A stretch of DNA of 62,912 nucleotides, the filler included, from Octopus bimaculoides (taxonomy: Eukaryota): assembly GCF_001194135.2 (NCBI RefSeq). It is 4 parts of 4 records of this genome, joined end to end, with 100 filler letters (N's around TTAATTAATTAA, not from the genome) between each part and the next. Parts side by side here need not be neighbours in the genome. Positions count along the whole stretch, not along the records: positions 1 to 26,401 come from NC_068981.1; 3 more parts are not named here. One strand, written 5' to 3'. Made by a program: the position numbers and the translations under genes. The notes under the pieces are model-generated. The model saw nothing but the letters and a program-made list of their open reading frames with translations, searched no databases and was not told the DNA's origin. Positions 1 through 11,693 of this stretch are shown piece by piece (within the stretch, counting starts at the first letter, position 1; each line of letters starts with the position of its first letter).

Positions 1-54
<54 letters not shown>

Positions 55-129
55 CGCAATATTCCCAGGAATATAAATTTTTTCCTTCTGAAACTACACA
101 AACTTCAGAATGGTTACTCATTTAGAAAT

Positions 130-1220
130 GATGACAGGGGTAAATATTTCACAGCATAAAGATCTTGCATTACATTTAAAGACAACAAGCAAAATCTTAT
201 TAATAATTTTCCTGTAGGTTAAAAAACCATTCAATAGAAAGTTAAGTATAACGGATAAAATTATCTTGCACACTATGTTTCTTAAAATTTATCAGTGAAT
301 TTACCTGCATACGATAACAGTATCTCTGTCATAAATCAAGTAGTATTAGTAGTATTCACATTCATGAATTTTCTCTGTTTGATGTCATTTAATTTTATCC
401 TTCCATAACTGAACCTTTTATCCTGAAAGCATGAGTATTCACCATAGTTCAATAAGGATAAGAATATCATAATCATGCACACAGGCAAATCATTGCTGTC
501 TTTCGAATGATGCTAATGTATTTTATATAGCAACGCATAACTTAAATTATACGGAAACTTGAGCTTATTATTCGTTATATTTTACATTTATTACATAATT
601 TCAGTATTTTACAGAGTATTTAATATCGAGACTAGGGACTCAATATTACTTGTAATATGAATACCAAACAGTCAGATAGTTCAAGAAAAAAACAAAAACG
701 AAACAAAACAGCTTTCCTCGCGTTATTCAAAAACATGGACCAAAAAATTTCTGTTGGCACAAACTTACACATAGTTAAGTCCTCAGATACCACTCTCAAT
801 TTAGAAACCAATAAACACTATTCATTTAGAAGTAAAAAAAAAATGATAATAATAATAAATAATAATACAGTATATAAATATTAAGTCAAACAAGCAGCTT
901 TCCATTCTAAATAATTTAGTGGAAAATTTTAGGATGCGGTTACCGGTGTTCATTTCAGATATTTTCTTTTAACAATGCAGACCTTGTTATAACAAAGCGT
1001 TAAGATCTAGTTTTAAGGTCAAGTTTAATTACGTAATAAAAATATTCTTAGGCACATACACATAAACAAAACCAGACGTAAAATTGTTTACTGCTCCGTT
1101 CAGTTTTAATATGAATACTAATATTTCTAAACATTTCTATAAATTACTAGAAAAGTATTTTCCTCAAAATCATAGATTTTCAAGTTAAATTTCAGTTGTA
1201 CAAACAACTTAGCAATAGAT
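130..1220 (+). mobile_element. Decayed Penelope-like retroelement (PLE) ORF fragment: RT core, thumb and linker; YRDD type (recalled as Naiad group)
   Basis: Manual translation across stops and frameshifts gives PLE motifs in the correct order: ITFKDNKQNL.NN (169-), FDVI*FYPSITE (378-413), DKNIIIMHTGKSLL (about 457-500), YRD*GL (624-641, in frame with track ORF 657), KISVGTNLHIVKSSDTTLNLETNKHYSFRS, QYINIKSNK..SILNNL, CYNKALRSS, KTRRKIVY / PFSFNMNTNISKHFYKLLEKYFPQNHRF (1096-1179), FKLNFSCTNNL. Begins after (TA)n and ends at a SINE B copy; no GIY-YIG domain visible. Confidence 0.85.
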
Positions 1221-1239
1221 ATACTAAATATATGCGTTT

Positions 1240-1445
1240 CAAATTTCGGCATATGGACAGTAATTTCGGTGGGTGGCGGGTAAGTCGATTACATTGACCC
1301 CAGTGCTCGGCTGCTACTTATTTTAATGATGTCCAAAAGAATGAAAGGCAAAGTCGACCTCGGCAGGATTTGAACTCAGAACCGGACGAAATGCCACTAA
1401 ACATTTTGCCCTGCGTATTAACAATTCCGTCAGCTTGCCGCCTTA
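1240..1445 (-). mobile_element. SINE family B copy
   Basis: Reverse complement of the family core gagttcaaattccgccgaggtcgactttgcctttcatcc and head taaggcggcgagctggcagaat. Confidence 0.85.
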
Positions 1446-1479
1446 GGAATAGCAACTATATTAATAGTAAAAAAAAAAT

Positions 1480-1620
1480 AGGCGAGCTGGCAGAATCGTT
1501 ACCACGCTGGGCGAAATGCATACCGGTATTTCGTCTGTTTTTACGTTCTGTATTCAAATTCTGCCGACATCGACTTTGCCTTTCATCCTTTCGGGATCGA
1601 TAATTTAGTACCAGTTGCGT
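1480..1620 (+). mobile_element. SINE family B copy, head-to-head with 1240-1445
   Basis: ggcgagctggcagaatcgtta...ttcaaattctgccgacatcgactttgcctttcatcc. Confidence 0.85.
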
Positions 1621-1677
1621 GTGTGTGTGCTTGTGTGTATATATTTATGTGTAGAAATGTGTATTTTTCTTTTTGTC

Positions 1678-1822
1678 ATCATAAGTGACATGGTTTAATC
1701 CAGCGATTCTCAACCGGGATCGATATGGCCCTGAGGGCTCATATAAGATTTTTGGGGATCCATGCAACAAAATAGTAAATTGGGGATCTACAATAGTATT
1801 TCAAGGGCCCTTGAAAAACTGG
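1678..1822 (+). repeat. Direct duplicate of the left flank plus left end of the hAT MITE at 2058-2370
   Basis: atcataagtgacatggtttaatc-cagcgattctcaaccgggatc...aatagtaaattggggatctacaatagtatttcaagggcc recurs at about 2036-2140. Confidence 0.85.
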
Positions 1823-2057
1823 TGTTTCTTTACGTCCCCGTAAGCAAGCGGTTCGACAAGATAGAAAGAATAGTAAGTTTAAAATATATACTGAAATAGA
1901 TTTGTTCGACTAACTCTACAAGGAGGTGCTCCTGCGTGTTGCAGCTCAGTGAGTGACTGAAACAATTCAAAGAGTAATTCTTGATAAGATTTTAACTCCA
2001 AAATCTTAAAGCGATCTAACTGGTTCGAGATAATATCATAAGTGACATGGTTTAATC

Positions 2058-2370
2058 CTGCGATTCTCAACCGGGATCCATATGGCAACAGAATAGTAAA
2101 TTGGGGATCTACAATAGTATTTCAAGGGCCTTTGAAAAAATTTTGCTTTAGATGTAAGTATTGGTATGTATTGCTAGAAACAGTTAGAATTCTTTCTCTA
2201 ACGTTTTGTATAGTTCAACCAACAAAAGTTAATGTGTGAAAAACAAAATAGGAATTTTGAAAGAAGTTTCTGTAAATTCGTTTTAGAACATCAAACGGCT
2301 ATGGGAGTCCACTAGAATAAAATAACGATCAAAGGGGGTCTATAGATTAAAATATGATTGAGAACCCCTG
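2058..2370. mobile_element. hAT-type MITE
   Basis: Termini ctgcgattctcaacc / gattgagaacccctg; identical 8-bp TSD GTTTAATC at 2050-2057 and 2371-2378 (8-bp TSDs are typical of hAT). Confidence 0.85.
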
Positions 2371-2404
2371 GTTTAATCAGTTGTTATTATTATTGTAAGT
2401 TGTT

Positions 2405-2600
2405 TTAAGGCAGAATCGTTAGTATGTCGGGAAAAATGCTTAGTGGCATTTCATCCGTCTTTACATTTTGAATTTAGATTCCGCCGAGGCCAATTTTGCC
2501 TGTCATCCGTTCGGAGACGATAGAGTAAGTACCAGCTGGGTGCTGGGATAGATGTAATCGACTAGCCCCTTCGCTCGAAATTGTTGGCCAACATTTGAAA
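2405..2600 (+). mobile_element. SINE family B copy (diverged)
   Basis: aaggcagaatcgttag...gaatttagattccgccgaggccaattttgcctgtcatcc...gatgtaatcgactagcccc. Confidence 0.75.
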
Positions 2601-2735
2601 CCATTAACTTGTTCTTCCTGTGTAGCCCCTCATCGGTCCCGGATTAAACAGGCCTAAGCTTAAAGGCAATTTTGCAAGAAATTTGACTCAAGTGTTTGAC
2701 ATTATCCAGTGTGCTACTGATTTTTCAACCAGTAT

Positions 2736-2798
2736 GATGACAATGTTTCCGTTGATGACAATGATTGCGTTGATGACAATGATTCCGTTGATTCCGTT
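2736..2798. repeat. 18-bp minisatellite, 3 units plus partial (gatgacaatgattccgtt)
   Basis: Units at 2736, 2754 and 2772, read directly. Confidence 0.85.
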
Positions 2799-3646
2799 GA
2801 TATTTTCAAAATTCGCCAAAGACTACAAATTTAGGTGTAGTATCGACCCCAATATTTGATTGGTAATTATTTTATTGATCCAGATTAATGAAAGTTATTA
2901 TCGACCCCGGTGGGTTATGAACTCATAACGCATGAGTCGTAACTTTATATATATATATATATATTCCAAGGCGTTTTATTCGACGCTGTATGGTCTCCAC
3001 CATTCTTGTTTCATTAATTGTTTTTAATTTGAATTGAAAACTTTACCGAAAAACTGTTGTTCGATATTGTTCTATAGTTATATTCCATCAACACATACTT
3101 CTATGTGTGAATCACTAATGTATAACAAAACTTCACCCACTTCGGTCACAGCGACATAAAACCAACTCGCTCTTGTGCGATGAATTACATGGAAAAGAAA
3201 ACGCTTGTGTTTCTACTTTAGCTCCGTAAGTATGTTTATATATTTATGTCATTACTACGCGTAGAAAAATAGTTCAAATCGAAACGAGGCGTACGCTTTA
3301 TGTTTTTGTTGTAACTTTATGCGACTAATGAAACTGCTCTTAACACTCCCGTTTAATTTTTTTTATTCTTTTTACTACAGACACAGCAGTAGTTAACATT
3401 TCTTTCACATCAACGGATCCTTTCGTTTATCTATTTATTTCTATCTTTTAGTTTTTGATGTTTTGTCGTTGTTATTCTTGTTTTTTCTNNNNNNNNNNNN
3501 NNNNNNNNNNNNNNNNNNNNNNNNNNNNNNNNNNNNNNNNNNNNNNNNNNNNNNNNNNNNNNNNNNNNNNNNNNNNNNNNNNNNNNNNATATATGCATAT
3601 ACTCGCATATTATTTGTATTATATATATATATATATATCTTTTCCA

Positions 3647-3915
3647 GAACAGTGGATCTCGAAGCACCGGAAGCTATAGACATAATAGCATAGAAATATA
3701 TTGGGTTAAAAATCTCTTTTGGATAGAAAAAAAAAAATTGCCAGCTGCCCGTTGAACTCGAACACACATCTCCTGTAGAACACCCCTGTGTCCATAGGCG
3801 ACGTGGCTTATAGTCTCACGTGTAACCTTCGATTTTTTTCTATCCAAAAGTGATTTTCAGCACAATAATTTCATGCTATCATTTATAGCTTTAGTTGTAT
3901 CGTGATCCAATGTTC
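3647..3915. mobile_element. Foldback/MITE-like element with about 90-bp imperfect terminal inverted repeats
   Basis: gaacagtggatctcga...aagctata...aaaatctcttttggatagaaaaaaa (3647-3740) is the reverse complement of tttttttctatccaaaagtgatttt...tatagctt...cgtgatccaatgttc (3830-3915). Confidence 0.75.
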
Positions 3916-4349
3916 CAAAACAGAACTATTTCATTTTCGTGAAAGTTTATCAATTTTAATGACATAATAAATGTCGAACGTGAAATAATTGATTAAAACT
4001 TAAATTTTCTAAAGTTTGCGCCGGAGCAGTCCTTGGTTTTGCCCTTTCGGAAAATACATGATACTACACATAAAGTGCCTTCACATTTATTTATGTTTTA
4101 TATCTAAGATTATATTCTCCAGTGTACCTATCCTTTATAAGAGTGAATTGATGGAAATGTAGCTGCTATCTCTAGCAGTTCCAACGACTGTATAGCGGTT
4201 TTCTCGTTGACTTGACAAAGATGTGGAACTATAGTTTATGTTTAAGGAAAATGAAACACCAGAGACCGAAGAAAATAGTAGCGTACGGTGGTTGACGTTA
4301 CAGAACGTGTTATCATGCTGAAATACTATACTGGCTCTGAGTACTAGAC

Positions 4350-4505
4350 TCAACATGGCAATGTAGCTCACATGGTAATCGCGTCGTTTCAGGTTCGGTC
4401 CTACTGTCCAGCACATTTGGGCAAGTGCCTTTTACTATAGCCTCGGGTCGACCAACACCTTTCTAAGTGAATTTGGTTGACGGAAACTCAAGGAAGCTCG
4501 TCGTG
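4350..4505 (+). mobile_element. SINE family A, 5' half, followed by a long TA/TG compound microsatellite to about 4870
   Basis: tttgggcaagtgccttttactatagcctcgggtcgaccaa...gacggaaactcaaggaagctcgtcg. Confidence 0.8.
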
Positions 4506-4513
4506 TGTGTATG

Positions 4514-4554
<41 letters not shown>

Positions 4555-4742
4555 GTGTGTGTGTGTGCATGTGTGTGCATGTATGTATAATATATATATG
4601 TATACGTATATGTGTGTGTGTGTATATATATATATGCATGTATACGTATGTGTGTATATATATACATATATACGCATGTATACGTATGTGTGTATATATA
4701 TACATATATATGCACGTATACATATGTATGTATATGCATGTA

Positions 4743-4775
<33 letters not shown>

Positions 4776-4872
4776 GCATATATACATGTGTATATATATA
4801 TATATATATATATGCATGTATACATGTGTGTGCGTATTTATGCGCGTACACACATCTGTGTGTGTGTGTTGC

Positions 4873-5130
4873 GTGAAGGTACGTGGCCTAGTTACGGTTT
4901 CAATTCCAGGACCCGGGTTGTGAGTTGTGTTGTTGAGCAAAACACTTCATATCACGTTGTTCTGTAAATCATTTTGACATCTCACGTATGGTACACTGAG
5001 CATCAATAAAGGCAACGTCAATTCGATAGAGGGAATGAGGTAATGTACAGCACAAATAATAGATCACTATAAGCAAATCATCTGTGCAGGTTGTTCAGCA
5101 AAACGGTTGGAGAGCCTCATCTGTTCTTTA
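4873..5130 (+). mobile_element. SINE family C (tRNA-like head, head internally deleted)
   Basis: gaaggtacgtggcctag...tttcaattcc...ttgagcaaaacacttcat...gatcactataagcaaatcatctgtg; body shared with 25040-25320. Confidence 0.7.
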
Positions 5131-5825
5131 TGACAATAGAGTCAATGGCGTATATTGCAATTACGTGCAAGCACACACAAAAAATGTGTTGCGTTTACTT
5201 TTTATATATTTCTCGATGTCAAATATTTTGCAGTGCCATTGTGACTTGGATGGTCATTGATACAGTTCCACAGCAACAACTTATGCGTACGACGAAAATT
5301 TTGACACTCCCTAAAATAAAATAAGAAGTGAATTTAACAGTTTTTGCGTTTTAGGTGGCCAAAATAGCTCTTCCGCGATGTAATTGCTTTAGTTTCAACA
5401 CATTTTCTCAGATCAAATCACTTGCTGTATGTGTGTGTGTGTGTGTGTGTGTGTATAAGTACATATTTGGCATGTTGTGACCGAGACGTACGCGCGAGAA
5501 TCATGTGAAGAATTTAGAACGGTTCCAACACAAATCAATTTAATGAAGAAATTCGGATTGAAATACCAAAAGAAAGAGAAAATGTAAAAAGCACTTACGA
5601 AACTTGCCTCGTTTTGGAATAGGAACTAAACATATATTTGGGGCACAACATCAAATACAACATGAAACATACGCTATCTTAAGTAGGGCTCATATTCTGG
5701 TTAGCATAATGGTAATAAAATGGTGTCTCATTAGAAATCAGACGGAAGAAGTTGTTCCTTTTAATATATAAACTATGCGAGTGTATCAAGAATTTTCATT
5801 TGTAGTGACTTAACATAAATATTAG

Positions 5826-6040
5826 TTTCAAAATTTCGCACAATGCCAGCAATTTCGGGGAAAGAGTTAAGTCAATTATATCGACCTAACTGTTTAAGTG
5901 GTACTTATTTTATTGATGCCATAAAGATGAAAGGCAAAGTCGAACTCGGCGGAATTTGAACTCAGAACATGAATCCAGAAGAGATACCACAAAGCATTTC
6001 GTTCGGTACGGTAGTGATTCTGCCATCTTGTTGCCTTATG
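5826..6040 (-). mobile_element. SINE family B copy
   Basis: gatgaaaggcaaagtcgaactcggcggaatttgaactcagaac. Confidence 0.85.
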
Positions 6041-6052
6041 AGTAATACGTAA

Positions 6053-6380
6053 TTTCTTTTTACTTGTTTCAGTCGTTAGACTTGTGGCCGTGCTGAGGCA
6101 CTACCTTCAAGAAAATTTAGGCGAACGATATTTTGTCTTTCGCTCTTTTTGGCCGAAGCGCTAAGTTACGGGTATGTAAACACACCAACACCAGTTGTCA
6201 AGCAGACATAAAGACGCACGCATGCACACATATGTATGTATACGATGGGCTTCTTTCAGTTTCCGTCTACCAAATCCACTCACAAGGCTTTGGTCTGCCC
6301 GAGGCTATAGTAAAAGACACATGCTAGAGACTGAACCTGTAATCGTGACGCTGGGAAGCAAACTTCTTACCACACAGCCT
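6053..6380 (-). mobile_element. SINE family A copy
   Basis: ttttacttgtttcagtc...gggcttctttcagtttccgtctaccaaatccactcacaaggc...cttaccacacagcc. Confidence 0.85.
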
Positions 6381-7696
6381 ACAAAGGTAAGTATTTATTT
6401 CAGTGTTTGATGTGATATTAATAAAAAAGAAAAAAATTGTAGTATACTATATATTAGCCTTGAGGTTTCTTTCACTTTCATTTTGTGTGCGTATGTGTGT
6501 AAAATCATATACGTATAGGAGATTATTGTTATAACTAGAAGTGTCACTGCTCCGTTAAAGACATGCGTGTGCAGTACAGAGAAATTAGCACACGTGAAAA
6601 TAGTAATGATATTATCAATATAGATTAATCTTGTGAGTTACACACACCCGCGCATACACATCTACGCGATTTTGCTTTGAACTTTTGTAAGAATACATAT
6701 ATTTCTCTGAGTGTGTATATGCATGCGTATGTGTGTATGTATATGCGCGTATTAATAGCTTCTCAACTAGTAACAATGAGATATCAATGACGGAAAAAGA
6801 CGAAAGAGAAATATCAGAGGTGGGGCTAGAAGTAGGAAGTGGGGTGTGGTTGTTGGTTTGTAGGAGAAGGTCAGGGAACATTCTTCCTCTCTCTCTCTCC
6901 CTCTCTCTTTCTCTCTCATCCTCTAGAAAGCGAAGTTGATAAGATGAAGGCTATCAACGTAGTAAATATATATAAATAAGTAAATAGCTAAACATATATA
7001 AATATATAAATAAATAGAGAAGTGAGATAACGGACTGTTATAGGATCGGGTTATGTTGGCTATCTAACTGAAGAGTCAGTGGAGCGTGTCTGCTGAAAGT
7101 TGACGAAGTCACACTGGAAGGAAGCTTGGGAGACTTAGACACGGCTCCGTTTTTTGACAAGGAAGATTTTCGCCGCCACCTATGACAAACTGACAGCATC
7201 ATGTGATCCACCAAAGCGGGAGCTAACCTGTCATCCATCCCTTAATCTGGCCTTACTTTCCCTAACCTTCCTAAAGTGGAACTCACACATTTGGTAGTTT
7301 TTTGGGGGTTTTGGAAGCCGTTTGTTGTTGTTGTTGTTGCTTAGTTAGAAGACAAAGGACAGCCCTATGACAGAGAAGGAGAAATCCCGATTCGTACATA
7401 GATTGTTATCGGAAGCAGCAAGATTCGAAAAGGGCTCCAAATGCTGGCAACAGAATGGACTTCATGAACGTCTCCTGAGGAACAGGTGGTGTTAAACTGG
7501 GCAATGGATTAAAGTTACCTCCAGCAATAGAAGCAGTTTCTTTGACAGGCTTAAGACACAAAGCATTTGTAAATTAGGAGGAGCTACAGTAGAAAGATTT
7601 CTTCGTTCAAAATACTGCGCTGTGAGATCGAACTTGGTACCATGTAATTGTAAAAACGAACGTCTAGTTCACACACCCACGCCAGTGTTCAGTGTT

Positions 7697-7727
<31 letters not shown>

Positions 7728-7956
7728 GAGACAGGCAGACAGACAGACAGAGAGAATCCACACTAGTATTGAATTCCTACTTTATTTAACGATCCGGGAA
7801 TGGGACTTGATAAGCAAAAATGTGTCCGCTGCAGGATTTGAACTCAAATCATGAAGACCAGAAAAAAAATACTGCAAGAACTTCTATCCGACGACGTAAT
7901 AACTCAGTCAATTCGCCGGGAAATGGCAGTTACTACTTTTTCTTTCTTAACGTTAC

Positions 7957-8185
7957 AGGTCCATGGCGTTTGAGCGACTGAGAATACAAGACTTCCTCCT
8001 GAATGGAACGTCAGCCAATTGCAAAATTAATCCCCCATCCAGCGACTAATCTTCAATTAAATGGACTGGAACAAGCAGAAAGTGAAGCGCGTTGCTCAAA
8101 GAACCCAACACATTGCCTGGTTTGAGAATCGAACCTATGATTTAATGACTGTGCGTTCAAACTCTAACCAGGAATCCAGACACCT
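7957..8185 (-). mobile_element. SINE family C-like copy (old)
   Basis: Minus strand reads tggttagagtttgaacgcacagtc...ggttcgattctc...ttgagcaacgcgcttcactt...ccagtccat. Confidence 0.6.
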
Positions 8186-8302
8186 TTTCGAAAAGACAGT
8201 ATACTCTGATGTGGTAGCAAAGATTTTAGTTAACCGCTTAGTTAACCATTCTAAGTTAACCGTTTAGTAAAGATTATCAATGTATCCCACGGGAATAATA
8301 AT

Positions 8303-8698
8303 CAGCGCTTCTCAACCTATGGTTTGTAACAGTGGCGTAGCCCTGGTGTTTGCTGCTTCCCTAGGCTCCTTTGTACAGCGGACCCAAAAGTGCCGCTCCA
8401 TAAAGCGTGCCCATAGCGGACCACCCTCCCACTAACTACGCTACTCTGTCGCAATCCAAATTAGGTCTTGGTAAAATCGTTTACTTTTGAAATAATTGTT
8501 AAAATGCAAATGTTCGTGAATAGGTTATGCAGTAAACCATAATGGTTACAACACAACATTTACAGCAAACAAAAACTGATGAATACTTTCCTAAGAAAAT
8601 GTTTAGTGCGTCTTATTAGAATATATGAGAAAACCAGATCGTGGAGGTAAATGATTTACTGAAGTGGGTCGTGAAGGTATACTCTTAGGAATCACCGT
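8303..8698. mobile_element. Old hAT-MITE-like relic, possibly interrupted by a small agtggcgtagc...actacgctact element (about 8330-8445)
   Basis: Left end cagcgcttctcaacc; degenerate right end ttaggaatcaccg; inner 11-bp inverted termini match at 9 of 11 positions; no TSD recognised. Confidence 0.4.
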
Positions 8699-8796
8699 CC
8701 TTGCTGTCTTAGCAGCAAAATTTAGGTTAGTGAAAGTCACCGTTGATATATTAGTTGTTTAGCTTCAGTCAGACCTCAACCAGCAGCCCTGTAATC

Positions 8797-9043
8797 CATT
8801 GTTCCTCAACCATTTATTACCTATGGACCCTTTTGATTCCTATTTTACTCAGATGGACCCTCCTAGCCATTCGATGTTTAAAACAAATCATATATTTTTA
8901 TTAAATATTATTACGAACCGTATAAAAAAATTGTTAAAATATTTTGCGAATTGTAAAAGTATAAGAAATCTATTGTACGTAAATTTTAACAAAATCTTTT
9001 ATGGCCCCCACAAAGCCATGTGGGCCCCAGTTTAAAATCACTG
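8797..9043. mobile_element. hAT-type MITE (same family as 60026-60425)
   Basis: Termini cattgttcctcaacc / gtttaaaatcactg; identical 8-bp TSD CTGTAATC at 8789-8796 and 9044-9051; ggaccc subterminal motifs. Confidence 0.85.
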
Positions 9044-9279
9044 CTGTAATCGAAGGTGTTCAAACTGTGTCCATCCTGTTTTTTATTTATTTTATTTTAT
9101 CAGGTTATTTGCATTTTGGACCATATTCTATGCAATTTCCATTTCAAGAAAGTAGACTGCAATTTGAGGGAGATTTAGCTGCTATTTTGTTGTTTCGACT
9201 GCCTACATAGAGCACCACTCTTCGCTGGTGCGATGTTAGTGTTCAAGTGTTAACATATAAAACGTAATGGAAATTCGCA

Positions 9280-9650
9280 TCTCTTTGACTTGTTTCAGTC
9301 ATTGGACTGCGGCCATATTAGAACACCGCTTTGAAGGGTTTAGTCGAACAAATACACTTAGTATTATTTCTTATTTCATTTTTAAAGTCTGGTCGAGCCG
9401 CCACGTTACAGGAACATAAACAAACCATCACCAGTTGTCAACCGTTCAGCTGGAGACACACATACACATATATACGCACTTATACATACGACGCACTTCT
9501 ACACAGTTTCCGTCAAGCAAATTCATATTCATTCACAAAGTATTGGTTGGCCCGCGGTTATAGAAAACAATTTCCCCAAGTGCTGAGCAATGGGACGGAA
9601 CCACTTGGTTGCACTTGGCTGCAAAACGATCTTCTTCACCACGCAGCCAT
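9280..9650 (-). mobile_element. SINE family A copy (diverged)
   Basis: cttgtttcagtcattggactgcggccat...cagtttccgtc...ttcaccacgcagcc. Confidence 0.75.
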
Positions 9651-9736
9651 GGTATGTAATGAAGTAATGTATTTGTTAACTTTTTAGTAAAAACAGATAG
9701 GCACTCTGAAGACACTGTTTGACTTTATCGCTTCAC

Positions 9737-9778
<42 letters not shown>

Positions 9779-9834
9779 GCCTGCCTGCCTGTCTGTCTGT
9801 CTGTCTTAAGAACAGTAATAGTTTCAAAGTTATT

Positions 9835-10040
9835 CAATTCCGAGTCAGCCCAGGATCAAGCGGACATACGATCAGTGACTTTGCAGCTATTACCTCACTG
9901 CCGACTTTACTTGTGCATGGTGCACCTATACTGACATTACTATATGTCTTTCCCCTTGAAGATGATAGTAGTGCATGATTTAAGGGAGATTTAGCTGCTA
10001 TTTCTAGTCGGTCGATTGACCACTCAGAGACGCTCTCATT
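9835..10040 (+). repeat. Dispersed repeat family D (also about 4140-4210, 9161-9215, 14660-14870, 23545-23620; inverted piece 14580-14630)
   Basis: Shared motifs gtcagccc.ggatcaagc.gac and ttgagggagatttagctgctatttctag recur at these positions. Confidence 0.7.
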
Positions 10041-10665
10041 GAATTGAGTACCAAAGTTCTTTCACGATTGTCTACAGAAAACCTTTTCACTTCGATGCAG
10101 ATACAGAATCAACACCCCTCACCAAGACTATAGCGGTTACAAGGAGTTTTCTATGTCACAATTATATAAAGTAGCAATTCTATGAAACTTATGGTACACA
10201 AGACAAGAAAAATAAAACAAAAACGTCCTGTAGTCTGTCGATTGGTGTACATGAACAATTGATTGTAAACAGACAGTTTCTGTGAGTCTCTGTGCGTTAG
10301 TGTGTGTGTGTGTGTGTTTAACTAAAACATATGCACACAAACACATACACACGCACTTTTACAATAAAGTGCACATGAATGGGTTCATTTATGCACTCAT
10401 TTGTCTACATAATATGTATACAAGTGCATGCAAGCAGAAATAAACGTGACGTGTGTGTGTGTATGCGCGCGAGTGCGAGTATATATAAATATAAATATAA
10501 ATATAAATATACGTATATAAGTACATGTACATATATACATATATAAGTACATACATATATACATACATATATATATATACATACATACACACACATACAC
10601 ACATATATTTAGGTATTTGTATTTAATAGTGTAATCGTTGTTCACGCACTTTCATAATAGCCCAG

Positions 10666-10786
<121 letters not shown>

Positions 10787-11693
10787 TCCACGCTGAAGTT
10801 AACCGACTTTAAAATAAATATAACATTAGACTGAACGGTTAAATACACATTAAGTCTCTTAGGAAAACACAAGCATTGCAACGCTTGCTCCTCACACACA
10901 CAATGTGCTTTAAACGTATACACATACGCCATAACACACGACCACACATGCACGCACACACACACACACACACACATGCGCGCACGCACAATCACTATCA
11001 CGCGCATCCATCTACGCACACATTCACACATGAATATATACACATACGCATAGAAGAAGCGAGCGCGTGCGTACACTCTCAGTGGCACACACTTGTCGAA
11101 AGACATAAACGCATCAGCTTACACAATTAAATAAACATACGTTTAGCACAGATAGAGGAACATTTTCAATGGAATTTCACAGATGTTTTTCACAATAGAC
11201 TGCCAAGAAAATGGCGACAACATATGTCTTATAATTAATTGTATGTATATTGCTGGTGAAGCTTTTGCTTTTAAGTACAGACTCGGACACAGCCCTGCTG
11301 GAAGTGTGAGTGTGTGTGTGTTTGTGTATATATATTTATATATATACATATGCGTTATATTTGCGTACGTTTGGGTTATTTGTAAGTATAAATATAATCT
11401 GTAAGAATTATATGGGTTTGTGAGTACAAGTACTAAGTATGAATGAATGCATGCGCCCATATGCGCACGCGCGTGTGTGATGGATTTGTTGTTATATTTA
11501 CTGCTCACTATTCCAGGCTTTCTCTCAGTTTCAGTACGGATGTATTTAGTTTTTCACGAACAAATACATACGCCATTTTTGATATTAATTTTGAGTGTTT
11601 CTTACACATAAGCGATATCGGGTCGGTTACTTGTGAAAGTAAAAAAGGGGTTTGATATATAAGTTTTTCATTGTTATCTTTATACATATATAT

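Noticed and set aside
3226-3380. Possible 155-nt intron (GTAAGT...ctaat...pyrimidine tract-CAG)
   Set aside because: Flanking frames are closed and no gene context is visible; cannot be separated from chance without RNA data.
4435-4967. Long ORFs rich in YI/CV/TH/X (also near 10-12, 19-21, 24, 42-43, 47, 55-58 and 61 kb)
   Set aside because: Translations of dinucleotide or trinucleotide microsatellites and N gaps.
7068-7135. CTGAAGA...GAAAG hammerhead-like spacing
   Set aside because: Stems I and III cannot be formed in register.
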